Source of the DNA: Octopus sinensis
Lineage: Eukaryota
Direction: 5' to 3'
Length of the DNA stretch: 64,000 bases
Assembly (NCBI RefSeq): GCF_006345805.1
Contig: NW_021835964.1
Coordinates: forward strand, 1 to 64,000
The notes beneath the pieces were generated by a model. That model was not told the DNA's origin. It made no database searches and saw only the letters and a program-made list of their open reading frames with translations. Below, piece by piece: positions 27,250 to 38,899 of the stretch (position 1 is the first letter of the stretch; every line of letters starts with the position of its first letter). The position numbers were made by a program, and so were the translations under genes.

Positions 27250-28130
27250 TGAGAGGTACAGTTTAAAATTAGGTTGGTTTTTCAAAATCAAAGTAAAACC
27301 AGCTCTGACAAGCATAATTCTGGATAGAATAGTGAAATATATTGTGCTTAAAAACCATCAAAGAACAGCAACAAAAGTGACAGTAGAGCTGAACTACTAC
27401 TTTGCCAACCTTGTGTAAACCATAACCATTTGTCCTGACCTCGATAAAGCTGGATGTCATGGAATGGTTGAAATTGTTAAACCACTCCTGTCCCCAACAA
27501 CACTGATAAGCAGAAAAAATGGTGTTTATCAGATCAATGATATAATCTTTGATGAATTACCTGGAGACAGTCTATAGAAGTGTTAAACCCTGACTGCATG
27601 GCTTCTACTGGGAAGCATGGTGATATGTCTGTGATGATTAGGGCACTCATATCACAGAATTTTTTTGCCTCGTAAGTTGTTTTACATAGCAGAGCTAATA
27701 CTATTGATTACCTGAGTATTTTGGCTGATCATGTCCATCCTATGGTACAAAAATTGTTTCTTGATGGTTGTGCCATCTTCTAGGATGATAATGCACCAAT
27801 TCTCATGGTGAATGTTATTCAAAACTGATATGAAGAGCACAGGAGTGAAGTAGACCATTGGGATTGGCCCACAGAATCACTTGATCTCAATTTAATTTAA
27901 CATTTGTGGAGCATTTTGGAAGTGCATGTGAGAAGTTGCTTCTCTTTGACACCATTACTGAAAGAGCTAAATAGGTTTTACTTGAAGAATGGCTCAAAAT
28001 CTGTTCAGAAGCTGTATTAATCAATACCCCAGCATATTAAAGTTGTGATTGAAGCCAAGGGTGATAAGCTCTGTATCAAATCATTAACTTCTATTTAACA
28101 AGGTGTTGCCATTATTTTTTCCAACCATGT
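27250..28130 (+). mobile_element. Tc1-like transposase relic
   Basis: F*DDNAPI (FQDDNAP-H) and DWPTESLDLN.I.HLW (WP-SPDLNPIE-LW) motifs; many stops. Confidence 0.75.
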
Positions 28131-28242
28131 GTGTGTGTGTGTGTGTGTGCGTGCGTGCATCATAGGTAAATCATAAATCTGTAAAAGAAGCACACTTTAA
28201 GTTATAGAACAGTATAGTATAAAGATAGATGAGGCTGGCCCA

Positions 28243-28305
28243 TGGGATTACTCTGGGTTTCACATCAATAAAGCACTTACATTTACAGCGTATCATCAGA
28301 CCTCA
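28243..28305 (-). ncRNA. Degenerate type I hammerhead motif at the PLE 3' end
   Basis: Minus strand TGAGGT-CTGATGA-T-ACG...TGT-GAAA-C-CCAGA-GTA-ATCCCA; stem I has one mismatch and one wobble; partial second copy at 30492-30540. Confidence 0.5.
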
Positions 28306-28632
28306 AAACCCATTGGTACATGGCCTCTCTAGAAAATGGAGAAGGAAAAGACTTTGTTACTCTGTCAACAACAGGGGAATGTCTCCCTTTGGCTTTTATT
28401 CATAATTGACTCTGTTATCATATGGGTCCCAGGACGCCAGCAAGAATTTCCTGAAGTGCAAACAGGGTCCAAACCCTTCCATCCAGGAGTTAAGGATGTT
28501 CCCTGGGTCAATGGAGTCCTTTAATATACCCAACCATTTGGCTATGCAGTTTACAACACTTGATTGCATTTATTTAGGGGCCTGGCTTCTCTAGGATTCT
28601 CTATGATATTACATGCAGAATTACTTCATCTT

Positions 28633-29262
28633 TCAGCCACCATGGCTGGCTGATGACATAGTGTGTCTCCTTTCCAGTATCCTGAAAGAGGATCTGTGGT
28701 TGGAGAGGCAATGCTTGAACAAGTTACTGGAGCATCTGATGCATCTCTGTGTGTAGCTGTTGACGATGTTGTATCTGCTGGTGTTGACGCTGTTGCTACT
28801 GCTGTTGGTGTTTTTATTGGCACCATTAAATGTATTGATGGTGTTGGTGCTGTTACTGCTGGTGTAGGAGACATCAGTGATGATGGTGCTGTTGATGGCA
28901 TTATAGTTGTCATCGATGGTATTGTTGGAGTTGATGTCGATGCTATCATGGTGAGTGGTGCTGTCACCGTTATTGTAGTTATCATTTGTGATGGATCTGC
29001 TGCTATTTCTGTAAGGGATACTGTTATTGCTATTGTTGATGTTGTTATCACTGGTGGCAGTAGTGCTGCTGCTAATCCTGTTTGTGTTTCTACTGCTGCT
29101 GTTATTGATACTGACATTCCTGCTACTGTAGTAGTCGTCACGGAAGTTGCTGCTACTAGGGTTGCCTAGTACATCATCTTCATAGATAGGTCCCTTGGTT
29201 TCACAATGGCTTCCCACTTGGCATCTGTTGTAGTCCCTGCATGAGCATCTCACTTCCATCAT
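28633..29262 (-). pseudogene. PLE GIY-YIG endonuclease region with a large in-frame Asn/Ser/Thr-rich insert
   Basis: 209-aa ORF: Cys motif and IYEDDV, then ~135 aa low complexity, then CIRCSSNLFKHCLSNHRSSFR (decayed YIG-x-S/T..FK..NH..SF). Confidence 0.7.
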
Positions 29263-30949
29263 GGCCTAGATGTGCTAATTAAAATGTTCTTAATATTGGT
29301 AGTGCAGCTAAAAGAGACCCCTAAGGTTGTGCCTGTTGAAAATGCATCTGCATCTATGTGAATGTGTGAAGTGTTTATCTACTAGCCTATGGAAAATCCT
29401 ACCTTCAGATGTAGGGAGAAGGAGTGGGGGAAAAAAACCAATGATATTTCCATGGCACTTCCTTCTGTGGGTATTAGAGCCCAGCATGTAGGAGATGCCA
29501 TCCCCAAATCCACCAGCAGCTTGTGACTTGTTATAGTAGGAGCCTACTGCATCAAAAATTTCTTGGCTAGAGGAAAAGTTCATGATTCTCTCACTAATAC
29601 CCTTTACTAGGTTTTTGAACACAATGGATGGGTGACAGGAGACTGTTGATGTATGTCAGCCAGTCACGTGGTTTGCAGTTGAACCTGTATCTACTGGAGC
29701 CCAAGTCAAGCATGATGTCCAAGAAGTCTACTATGGTGAGATTGGTCTTGATAGTAATTTTCAGTCCCATGGAGCCAGGGGTGCTAATTAGATCTTTCCC
29801 AAGCCTGTTTAGAGTGTGGCCATGGGCTCCTCTAATGATGGCCAGCACGTCATCTTAATAGAGACCAAAAATGACAGAGAGAAATTTCTTCAGAGTGTCT
29901 AGGATATACAGCCTGATGCGATCGCATACATCAGCACTGTCATAAGCTCCTATTGCAAGGTCAAAGGAGCCTACAGGGTCAGATTGCTTGACCTGGGTCA
30001 AGCTTTTATTGAGCAGTACTGTTTTCCTAGCATAATGACATCTGTGTCCCTGTCACTAATATCAGTGAAGCCCCTAGCAAAGGAAAGTGCTTTGACCTGT
30101 AACACTTTTGATATAAACAGGTAAAATTCAACTATGTCAAATTAGATGAAACTTGCTTTGCCTCCCCCTTGTTGGTATTAAACCATGCAATCACCTCATT
30201 GGTGTTATGCCATAGGGAGAGGTTGGTGGCTCTCCTTATACTGTTGTTAATGTTCCTCAGTATGTAATTGCTTGCCAGACTGATCTCAGATTTTGCTGGG
30301 TTAATCAGGTGGCATTTAGGGATTCAGGCAAAACTTGGTTTATGGTTTGATGGTAGTAAAGGCATTCTTTCTTGTTAAAATCTCTACCCCATCTGCTATA
30401 TCTAAGTCGCTGGCTAATTGTTTGGCTTCACTGTTGATGTTGTTGTATGTGTGTGGGGAAGCATGTATGTTGTATGTGTGTGGGTAATCTATGGAGTTAC
30501 CCTGGATTTCACAGCCATAAAGTGCTTAGATTTACAATGTTATTTGTAATCTTGTTGACTAATGAAGTCTTTTCCTCCTCCATTTTCTAGAAAGGCCACT
30601 TGCTACAGAGGACATGTGTCATACAATCTCTGATTTTGTAACTAGGAAGCTTCTAGTTACAAAATCAGTGATTGTATTACACTGTATTTTCTTTTAATCA
30701 CATAGAAGTTAAACTACTGCCATACTTAGCACATGAGTGCCCACCACCAAAGAGATCCAATAAGATCAAAATCATGTGGTCTGGTGGTCTTGAAGCAAGG
30801 ATAGCAAAAGTTATTTCCCACTTGCAATAAATAGCGAGTGCAGAAAGTGTACTCAATAAACGTCTTCCTGGGGTTAAAGCAGTAATATTATCATCTCTTA
30901 GAGAACACACATGTTAAAGTGGCTATAAACATTATACAGGGGAACTTCG

Positions 30950-31527
30950 CAGTATGAGTGCCCCATTGTATGAGTAATTCTGTAAAAGCCAAGGTTCATG
31001 CGAATTTTTGTCTTGAAGTACAAGCAAGTTTCATACAATAACACTGCTCAGGCACATTTTCATATATTTTGAAAAGCAGGAAAAAGCAGACTTTTCTTGA
31101 TATTTTTCTAATGAAATGAACTGCAAGTGTAAAAAATGAAGAAAGTGTGTCCAAAAAGCCTAAATTATGCAAAGTGAGACAGAAAACGCCAGTAATTCTT
31201 CTTCCTGGAGACTTAATGGAAGGAGAATCTCCTTCCAAACAGTAAACCTCCTTCCTCTCATGCTACTATCTTCCTCACGCACAAATTGTTCTATCCTTAA
31301 GGCAATTCTGTTAATAAAACCAGTTTACATATTTCTTTTGCATTCTCTATTTTTATAATAGTAATTTTACTTCTAATTACACCTTATCTGTTTTAAAACC
31401 CATAAAAAAATTATTTTTGGGTGGTTTTAGGTGGCTGGAACAGATTAATTATATTTTAGTTAATTTCAATGAAGAAAATTGATTTGTAATATGAGTAAAT
31501 CGTAAAACAAGCTCAGTCATGGAAAAA
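30950..31527 (+). mobile_element. pogo/Tigger-like transposon 3' relic
   Basis: ILKSRKKQTFLDIFL and LMEGESPSKQ* C-terminal motifs; Tigger-like subterminal sequence before 31527. Confidence 0.6.
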
Positions 31528-31531
31528 TTAA

Positions 31532-31750
31532 CCCTTTCAATACCAACTTGGCTGAAACTGCCTCTGACTCTGTAGTATGAATGTCTTTTCAAAATTTCTA
31601 GATTAAAATCTTTCATCAAACCTTAGTCATAATTTATGTTCCTAACACTAGCTTAATGATAACTAAGTTATTTTACTAAATTCCTTGTTAAGTTTTAAAT
31701 TAATTAAAAGAAACACAGAGCATCTCAAAATAAATACAGTAACAAAAGGG
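31532..31750. mobile_element. piggyBac-type MITE (219 bp)
   Basis: TTAA on both sides (31528-31, 31751-54); CCCTTT...AAAGGG imperfect TIRs. Confidence 0.75.
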
Positions 31751-32459
31751 TTAAACTCATGCTGCAAGTTATCACTCAATGCATATATATATATATGTGT
31801 GTGTGTGTGTGGAAAGAGAGAGAGAGAGAGATTGACAGATAGACAGACAGACAGAGAACAATGCCAATTGAAAATGTACCATTTTACCACAAATCTAAAC
31901 ATTTTCATATATTATAGAGAGTAAAAACAAACATTTGTATTCAATTTTGATAATGAGTTTTTCTGTTATTCGATTTATATTGAATTATATTATAAGTGGT
32001 TGAATATTCTACAGATATATGTATTCTTAGCATAATCTTTAAGCAGAATCAGCACACTGCAGAGTGACAAAGCTGACTTTTTGAATTACTAGTCCAGCCT
32101 TTCTGATGACCTTCCACACAGCTTCTGTCTATCCAGTTTCACTCTCAAAAATTTGGTGAACTTGAAACTATAGTAAAAGATGCTAGCCCAAGACTTCACA
32201 CAGTAGCATTGAATCATGGAAGATAGATATATGAGACAGAATTCCATATATGATGTACAGGATGTAGATTATATGGAAGCCTATCCTTCATTTTTAGTCA
32301 TTATGACAACCGTTAACAGGAGTATCATTTTTCTATAACGTTTAAATAAGTATCAAATAATAGAAAATTGTTTGAGATCATAAGTAGAGTGATGTGTGTT
32401 GTTGGAATTTCCTCACAATGACCTTGACTTAAGTAGATCAATTGAAACCATTATAAATT

Positions 32460-32517
32460 AACCCATGCTAGCATGGAAAGCGGACGTTAAACGATGATGA
32501 TGATGATGATGATGATG
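32460..32517 (+). mobile_element. Very short 5'-truncated RTE 3' tail
   Basis: AACCCATGCTAGCATGGAAAGCGGACGTTAAAC(GAT)n, near-identical to the RTE tail. Confidence 0.8.
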
Positions 32518-33010
32518 GCTATGAGTCACAACTTCAACAATAATGAATTTGAACTTATATACAAAAAATAACTTGCTAGTTTTTGGATAAACCTCATATT
32601 TCACTACTAAGAATATCCACAATGTCCTAAATCAGACATGCACATGAGCTGTTTAAATTGTTTATTTATATTCATTTAGTTAGTGTACAAATCAATTTAC
32701 TTTCTCATTTACTGACCTTTCAATGTTGGAGTGATTGATATATTTGTTTGTTGTCTTGGTTTGGTAACCTTATTCAACCCTAACCTCTCAGCTGCTATGT
32801 CCCTATAGTATACTGTCAACATTAATATTAGGAAGGGTATCTAACTTTGAAAATGGCTACTCCAACAATTCTTCCAAATTGGCTCATCTAAAACCAAATA
32901 AACTTGAAGGCACATCAGATAGAAAATTTAAATAAAAGCAAAAAACAAAAACAAAAACAAAAGAAAATAAACTTTTAAAGTATAAATCTTCAGCTTTGTT
33001 TATAATATAA

Positions 33011-34576
33011 CTAGCATTATGACCCGTCGTTGCTGGGTCATAGTGCTAGTGCATGTATATATGTGTATATATGTGTACATATTACATGTACATCTATATA
33101 TATACATCTACACATAAAATACAAAATACAAAGTTATATCTTGATATCGTTAGTGATAACAATACTCGAAATATATAACAGACTGTAATTGTAGGCCCTT
33201 CTCTTGCAATTTTGATCAATTGTATCTTGTCCTACCTCTTATATAGAAGTGTGGCTACAATCCAGCCTACCTCTACTTCTGGGGGAACATTTTAAATTTT
33301 TATCCGGGATGTCCCACGTCCCTGATATAAAGGTAAAAATAAGATATTTCCACTTTGCAAGGTTCAAGTCGAGTACTCCCTTGCATGCTCTGTTGACTCG
33401 AACCTTGCTTCTATTGTGGCGAATTTACTGCCTCTGGTTAGATACTTGATATCTTTCATAGTCGCACCAAGACACTTTTCAATGGTGCTTTCCTCCAGGT
33501 ATACAAATCTTTTTTTTTCTCTACGTTGTATACTTTATAGACAATAGTCTTTTCTTTAATTTAATTTTTTATTTCGTTTGGTGGTGTTATCCTAGATTCA
33601 CCGTCTTTGTCGGTGATCAATCCGTATTTCTTCCATTTTAATTTCAATGAGTTCATCCCCACCGACGGCTGCAGCGAAATTTATTTTTGGACTTTCTTCT
33701 ATCGAAGGCATTCTAACAAAAATGCTTCCGTGTAAATGGTGAAAATATTGTCAATTTCCCCAAACAGGGACACAATTCAATTTTTAAACAATAACCAAAG
33801 CTCCTTCTCCCAAAGGGGGAGGGTTACAGTTTACAATTATTTAGCAAATGCAACACAACAGTGTTTCCTTTATGAGGAACCAACAAACGTGATAACAATA
33901 GTTAAACAGTAATAATAATAACAACAAACCTTACGATGAATCAGAAAGCAGTAAGCTTTAGTCCTTTATCTATAAGAAATAAACCAACAGCAGCACTCTG
34001 CAGAAGCGGCTGTTCGAGAAAACAGATATTACATACAGCCAAACTTCATATAGATACTTAATGCTAGCTAATTAACAGATAATCTAATGTAAAAGCTCAG
34101 CTCCATCTGCACTTTTCCATTTCTGCATGCTAATTTTATTTTTAATTTATTCCCATTCATGTGAAACTATTCAAGTTCAAGTCAATGATGCAATTTTATA
34201 CCAATTGCTATTTTTACTTTTGTTATGTTATGATTATATTATACTTTAGTTTGATTTTAATTATTACTTACTACATATAATTCAATTGTTATTATTATCT
34301 CTAATTTTTATTGTTAAAGTGAAAGTATCTGACATAAAATAGAGAAATGTTTTTGTTTCACTTATAACATGTAATACTGAAATAGTGGAGAAGATATGAT
34401 ATTGCTATGGGCTCGCTCTAGGCAAGAAGTTGAACATTGTTTTTGCCCATGAAACTACATGGACCCTAAGTAAGGCATGTGTAAAATTTGAATGAAATTG
34501 GTTGTGTAGTTCTCAAGTTTTAGGGAAACACACAGACAGACAGACAGACACACATTCTCAGTTTTATATATATAGA
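33011..34576 (-). mobile_element. Non-autonomous Helitron carrying a Tx1-like ORF1 5' fragment
   Basis: A|TC...CTAG|T termini; 15-bp terminal stem CTAGCATTATGACCC/GGGTCATAGTGCTAG; (ACAG)n near the 5' end; internal 33215-33711 homologous to ORF1 at 61370-61870. Confidence 0.8.
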
Positions 34577-34865
34577 TTAGTCAGTACATTCAGATAATAT
34601 CAGGATGTTTCAATATAAGCATGTGAAGTACGGTAGGCAAACTAAGTGACAATCTAACATATTGCATTCTCATTGCAATATCCTGAAATAAAGCACCACT
34701 TTACCAAAGAGATAAGGTTTTAATTTACAACGGAAAGAAGTATTCAAACAAAACCATTATTTAATGTACATATACATACTTTTAAATTTTGTATTTGTTA
34801 TTTGTTATATGAAAAAAGGTATATCAGGAGAAAAATATTTTTAAAAAATAAGAATGATGTATTAG

Positions 34866-35250
34866 GTGCAGGCATGGCTGTGTGGTAAGAAATTTGCTTC
34901 CCAACCACATGGTTTTGGGTTCAGTCATGCTGCATCGCACTTGGTCAGGTGCTTTCTACTACAGCCTTGGTCCGACAAAAGCATTGTAAGTGGATTTCAT
35001 AGATGGAAACTAACACATTTGTATGTGCCTTTGCTTTGTGTGTGTATGTGTGTTTGTCTTCATCACTGATTGACAACTGGTGTTGTTTTGTTTACATTAC
35101 CATAACTTAGCAATTCAGCAAAAGTAACTGACAGAATAAGTACCAGGCTTTAAAAGAAAAATTTAAGTACTGGGGTCAATTTCTTCAAATAAATCCTTCA
35201 AAGTAGTACCTCAGCAAGACCACAGCCCAATGACTGAAACAAGCAAAAGC
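34866..35250 (+). mobile_element. Full-length tRNA-derived SINE
   Basis: GGTGCAGGCATGGCTGTGTGGTAAG...GGTTCAGTC head; same body as 17005-17413. Confidence 0.8.
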
Positions 35251-35454
35251 TAAATGATAAGAGGTATTTACACAATACTAATGATGATTGCTAACATAAG
35301 CACAATATCAATTTAATTAGCATGCCTAATTATCGAAGGAAAAGTATAGAGGAGATAGAAATCTGATCAGTTATGAAGAATAGGTTAGAATATAAGGTGA
35401 TCAACCAGAAAATATTCTGCCCTCTGATTATAGTGCGGCACATGTAGGTGTTAA

Positions 35455-35595
35455 GCTATGTATGTAGGAATTGCATGTATGTATGTATGTATGTATGTAT
35501 GTATGTATGTATGTATGTATGTATGTATGTATGTATGTATGTGTGTGTGTGTGTATGCATATGTATGTATATATGTATGTTTGTGTGCGTATGTA
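35455..35595. repeat. (GTAT)n/(GT)n microsatellite
   Basis: Direct reading. Confidence 0.95.
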
Positions 35596-35604
35596 TGTAT
35601 GTGT

Positions 35605-37569
35605 GTCTCAAGGATGAATAATGGGAGGTCTCTGGATATGGATGGCATACATGCGAAGTTGTTGCAGCATGGCGGTGAGAAACTTCTGCAGCAGCTTCAC
35701 TCATTGTTGGTAGGATATGGGCTAGTGAATCTGTACCTGAGGACTGGAGAGATACAGTAATAGTGGTCTTATATTAGGGAAAGGGCAACAGGAATGATTG
35801 TGGTAACTATAGGGGAATATCATTGCTTTCTGTCATAGGAAAGGTTTTATACAGGGTACTTCTAGATCATCTGCTGAAACATGTTGCAGATTGTGTTTTT
35901 CCAGAAAGTCAATCTGGCTTTCATGTGGGACACGGCACTGCTGCTGTGATCTTCTCAGCTAGGTAGCTTCAGGAGAAGTGTGTGGAACAGGGTCTGGATT
36001 TATATCAGGTTTTTGTCGATCTGACAAAAGCCATTGATACCATTAATAGAAATGCACTGTGGAAAGTCCTCCAAAAACTTGGTTGTCCTGAAAAGTTCCT
36101 TGCTTTGGTTAGGTCTTTTAATGAAGGTATGAAGGGTAGGGTTAATGTTAGAGATAAAATATCAGAACCTATCTCAATACAAAACGGAGTGAAACAGGGG
36201 GATATTCTGCCACTGACCCTATTTGCCATATATTTTGCGATGGTTTTCTGTATTGCGTTCAGAAATTGCAGATATGGTGTTTACATCCATTATCGTACCT
36301 TTGGCAGCATATTTAGTATCAGGGGCTTTGCTACAAAAACAAAGGTATTTACCTTTATCATTAGAGACCTTTTGTATGCAGATGATTGTGATTTAGTAGC
36401 ACACACAGAGATTGGTATGCAACACATTTTGAATGCATTCTCTGATGCTTGCACTGCCTTAGGATTGACAATCAGTCTCAAGAAAACTGTTAAAGTGTAC
36501 TAACCTACCCCTGGTAAGCAGTATAGTGAACCAAATATCTATGTGTATGGTAAACGACTTGTAGTTGATCAGTTTGTCTACCTGGGAAGTACTGTTAATA
36601 GATATAGCAATTTGGATAATGAACTTCAATACAGAATTAGGAAAGCAAGTGACGCTTTCAAAAGGCTAGAAAGGCACCTCTGGAATCAGTGAGACATATG
36701 CAGGAAGACAAAGATAAAGGTGTACAAGACGTGTGTGCTCTCTTCTCTTCTTTATGCCTGCAAGACCTGCGTCACATATCGATACCACCTTAATCAACTG
36801 GAATGTTTCCATCAGATATATCTCAGATGGATCTATGGCATTAAGTAGGAGGACTGCATCAGTGATCTTGAGATATTGGAAAGCTTGCAGTGTGTAAGTA
36901 TAGAAGCTCTTGTGTTGAAGCCAAGTCTCAGATGGAGTGGTCATCTGGTCAGGATGAAAGATTCAAGGATGCCAAAACGACTCTTTTATGGAGAGTTAGC
37001 TAAAGGAGAACAACCTCCACATAAATGAAAAAAAGGGTATAAAGACTTGCTGAAGGCTTTCTTGAGAGATGCTTGCATCTCTCCTGACACATGGGAGGGC
37101 ATAGCTATTAACCATAGTAGGTGGAAAAGGGTTGTGCATGAAGGGACAGCTACTTTTGAGAAATCTTGAGTTGGGCATTAGAAAGTGAGGAGGGATGTCA
37201 GGAAGAGCATTGCAGTGGCACTGCCAGACAGTAAAGGTCTTCTTATGATGTTGAAATGCACTGTCTGTGAAAGACCCTGCCTCAGTAACGCTGGACTCAA
37301 GAGTTATCTTCGTAGTCCTAAAGCAAGACTAATGATTGACTTACCAGGCCACTGGTGGTGGTGCTACACACCATACTAATCATATCTGTCGGGCATGTGG
37401 AAGGGAGTGTGATTTGGCAGGAGGACTTAAATGACATGCAAAGGTACATGAATCCCAATTACAACTACAGCCAGCTTTTGCCAATAAAGGTTTTTGCTAC
37501 CAATTCTGTACAAGACATTGTAGATCTTTAGCTGGGCTAAAAAGTCACATTTGATCACAGCACCATTAA
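35605..37569 (+). mobile_element. Degraded RTE (BovB-like) LINE, RT plus three C2H2 fingers
   Basis: DGIHAKLL, FVDLTKAIDTI, GVKQGDIL, LLYADDCDL, FVYLGS, LRWSGHL.RM..RMPKRLFYGEL, then three C-x2/3-C-x12-H/Y-x3-H-like motifs. Confidence 0.88.
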
Positions 37570-38899
37570 CAACTAAGCCTCATGCAATGGCCATACTCGA
37601 TTACGAGGAGGCAGCCATCATGTATGTATGTATTATGTATGTATGTCTTTATGTATGTATGCATACCTATATGTATAATATCTTTACCTGTATGTATATA
37701 AGCATGTACGTATATGTATGTGCATGTTTTACTTGGTAAACCTCTTGATTGTTTTACATATTTTGATAGTGCTTTTGATTACTTGTAATCTCTTGATTAG
37801 GTGTGTTCTTTCTGACTTTATGTGCTTCCAAAACCCTTGATAGAAGTATAGAACCATATTCTGGATTGATTAAAAGCAGATTTCTCATCCATTCAACTCG
37901 GATGTGTGCTTTTTTACTCATCTTTAATATTATGTTAACAACAAGGGCAAATGTGACTGGAGTCTGGTGCAGTCCTTCAGATTACTAGCCCTGGTCAAAA
38001 CATCCAACTCATGCCAGCACAGACAACAGATGTTTAAATGATGATGAACTACTGAGTGACTGATTACAAGTGTGTAGATCATTAAATCTGGTCTGTTGAG
38101 TTTACATTTTGTTAGTCTATAAGAACATTCCACCAGTATTCTTTCATATTTTGTTGGATTATATTCTTCATATCTCAGTAGCTTCTTGTATTAGTATCCT
38201 CAGGATTATTATTTCTATGGAAGTTTTTTCTAATGATTTGGGTGGTCTGTATCCCTTTTGTGAATTTTATTCCTCAAGCAGTTGTTATTTCTGGTTCTAG
38301 TATTGCAAAAGCGTATCCTTTAAAGTAAGAGTTAATATCTTGTTAGTCTAACATAGATTACTCTTGTTATCAGTGCTGGTGTTACTTTGAAGATTTCTTT
38401 GAACATAGCTGTGTATGGCTTTTTTTGTGATGTGTATACGGCTTCTCTACTTATGATTTGTTGAAGTAGAGTTTTTCAACTTCTCTGGGTGTGTAAATCA
38501 GGGAATACTTTCTAAAAAGCTCCTTTCAAACTCTTATGATGTTATCTGCCTCGTATATGTAGCCACAATCCATAGCTAAATTTCAACATCTGGTGGTTAG
38601 TAGAAGCTGTTGAAAGGATATGATGTGATATTCAAATGCTGCTTAAATTGATTCTAAGCATCTGCAGCTTTAATTTTATTTTAAGTAAAAGCAGTCTATG
38701 TCAGTTTTTCTATAAATTAGCAATTTGGTGACTTTAACATCAATAATTGATATCTTATCTAGCATCTAGTTAAGAAGTCCAAATGTTGATATGAGTACCA
38801 GTATGGTTAACATATTAGGGGTAATGGCTACCCTGTTGTACAACAGGACAGACAAAATAAAATTCCTCCAGATTTCATGCTCTGCCTCCCAATACTGGG

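Larger units (their letters stand above)
28243..30677 (-). mobile_element. Penelope-like retroelement (RT plus GIY-YIG), 5'-truncated, with rearranged terminal repeats
   Basis: KCHLINPAKSEI, FDIVEFY, DDVLAII, LKITIKTNLTIVDFLDI, KGISERI; CSCR..C....HC pre-endonuclease motif; FK..SNHRSSF; C-terminal LNSW...CLHFRKFLL. Confidence 0.88.

Noticed and set aside
28626-29169. Mucin-like Thr-rich ORF (28626-29141, minus) and Val/Gly-rich ORF (28663-29169, plus) as host genes
   Set aside because: Alternative frames of the same low-complexity insert; the third frame carries PLE motifs on both sides; no splice or signal-peptide context
38140-38830. Possible further Tx1 ORF1 relic on the minus strand (PDVEI*LWIVAT)
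   Set aside because: Only one short motif recognisable; too degraded to support
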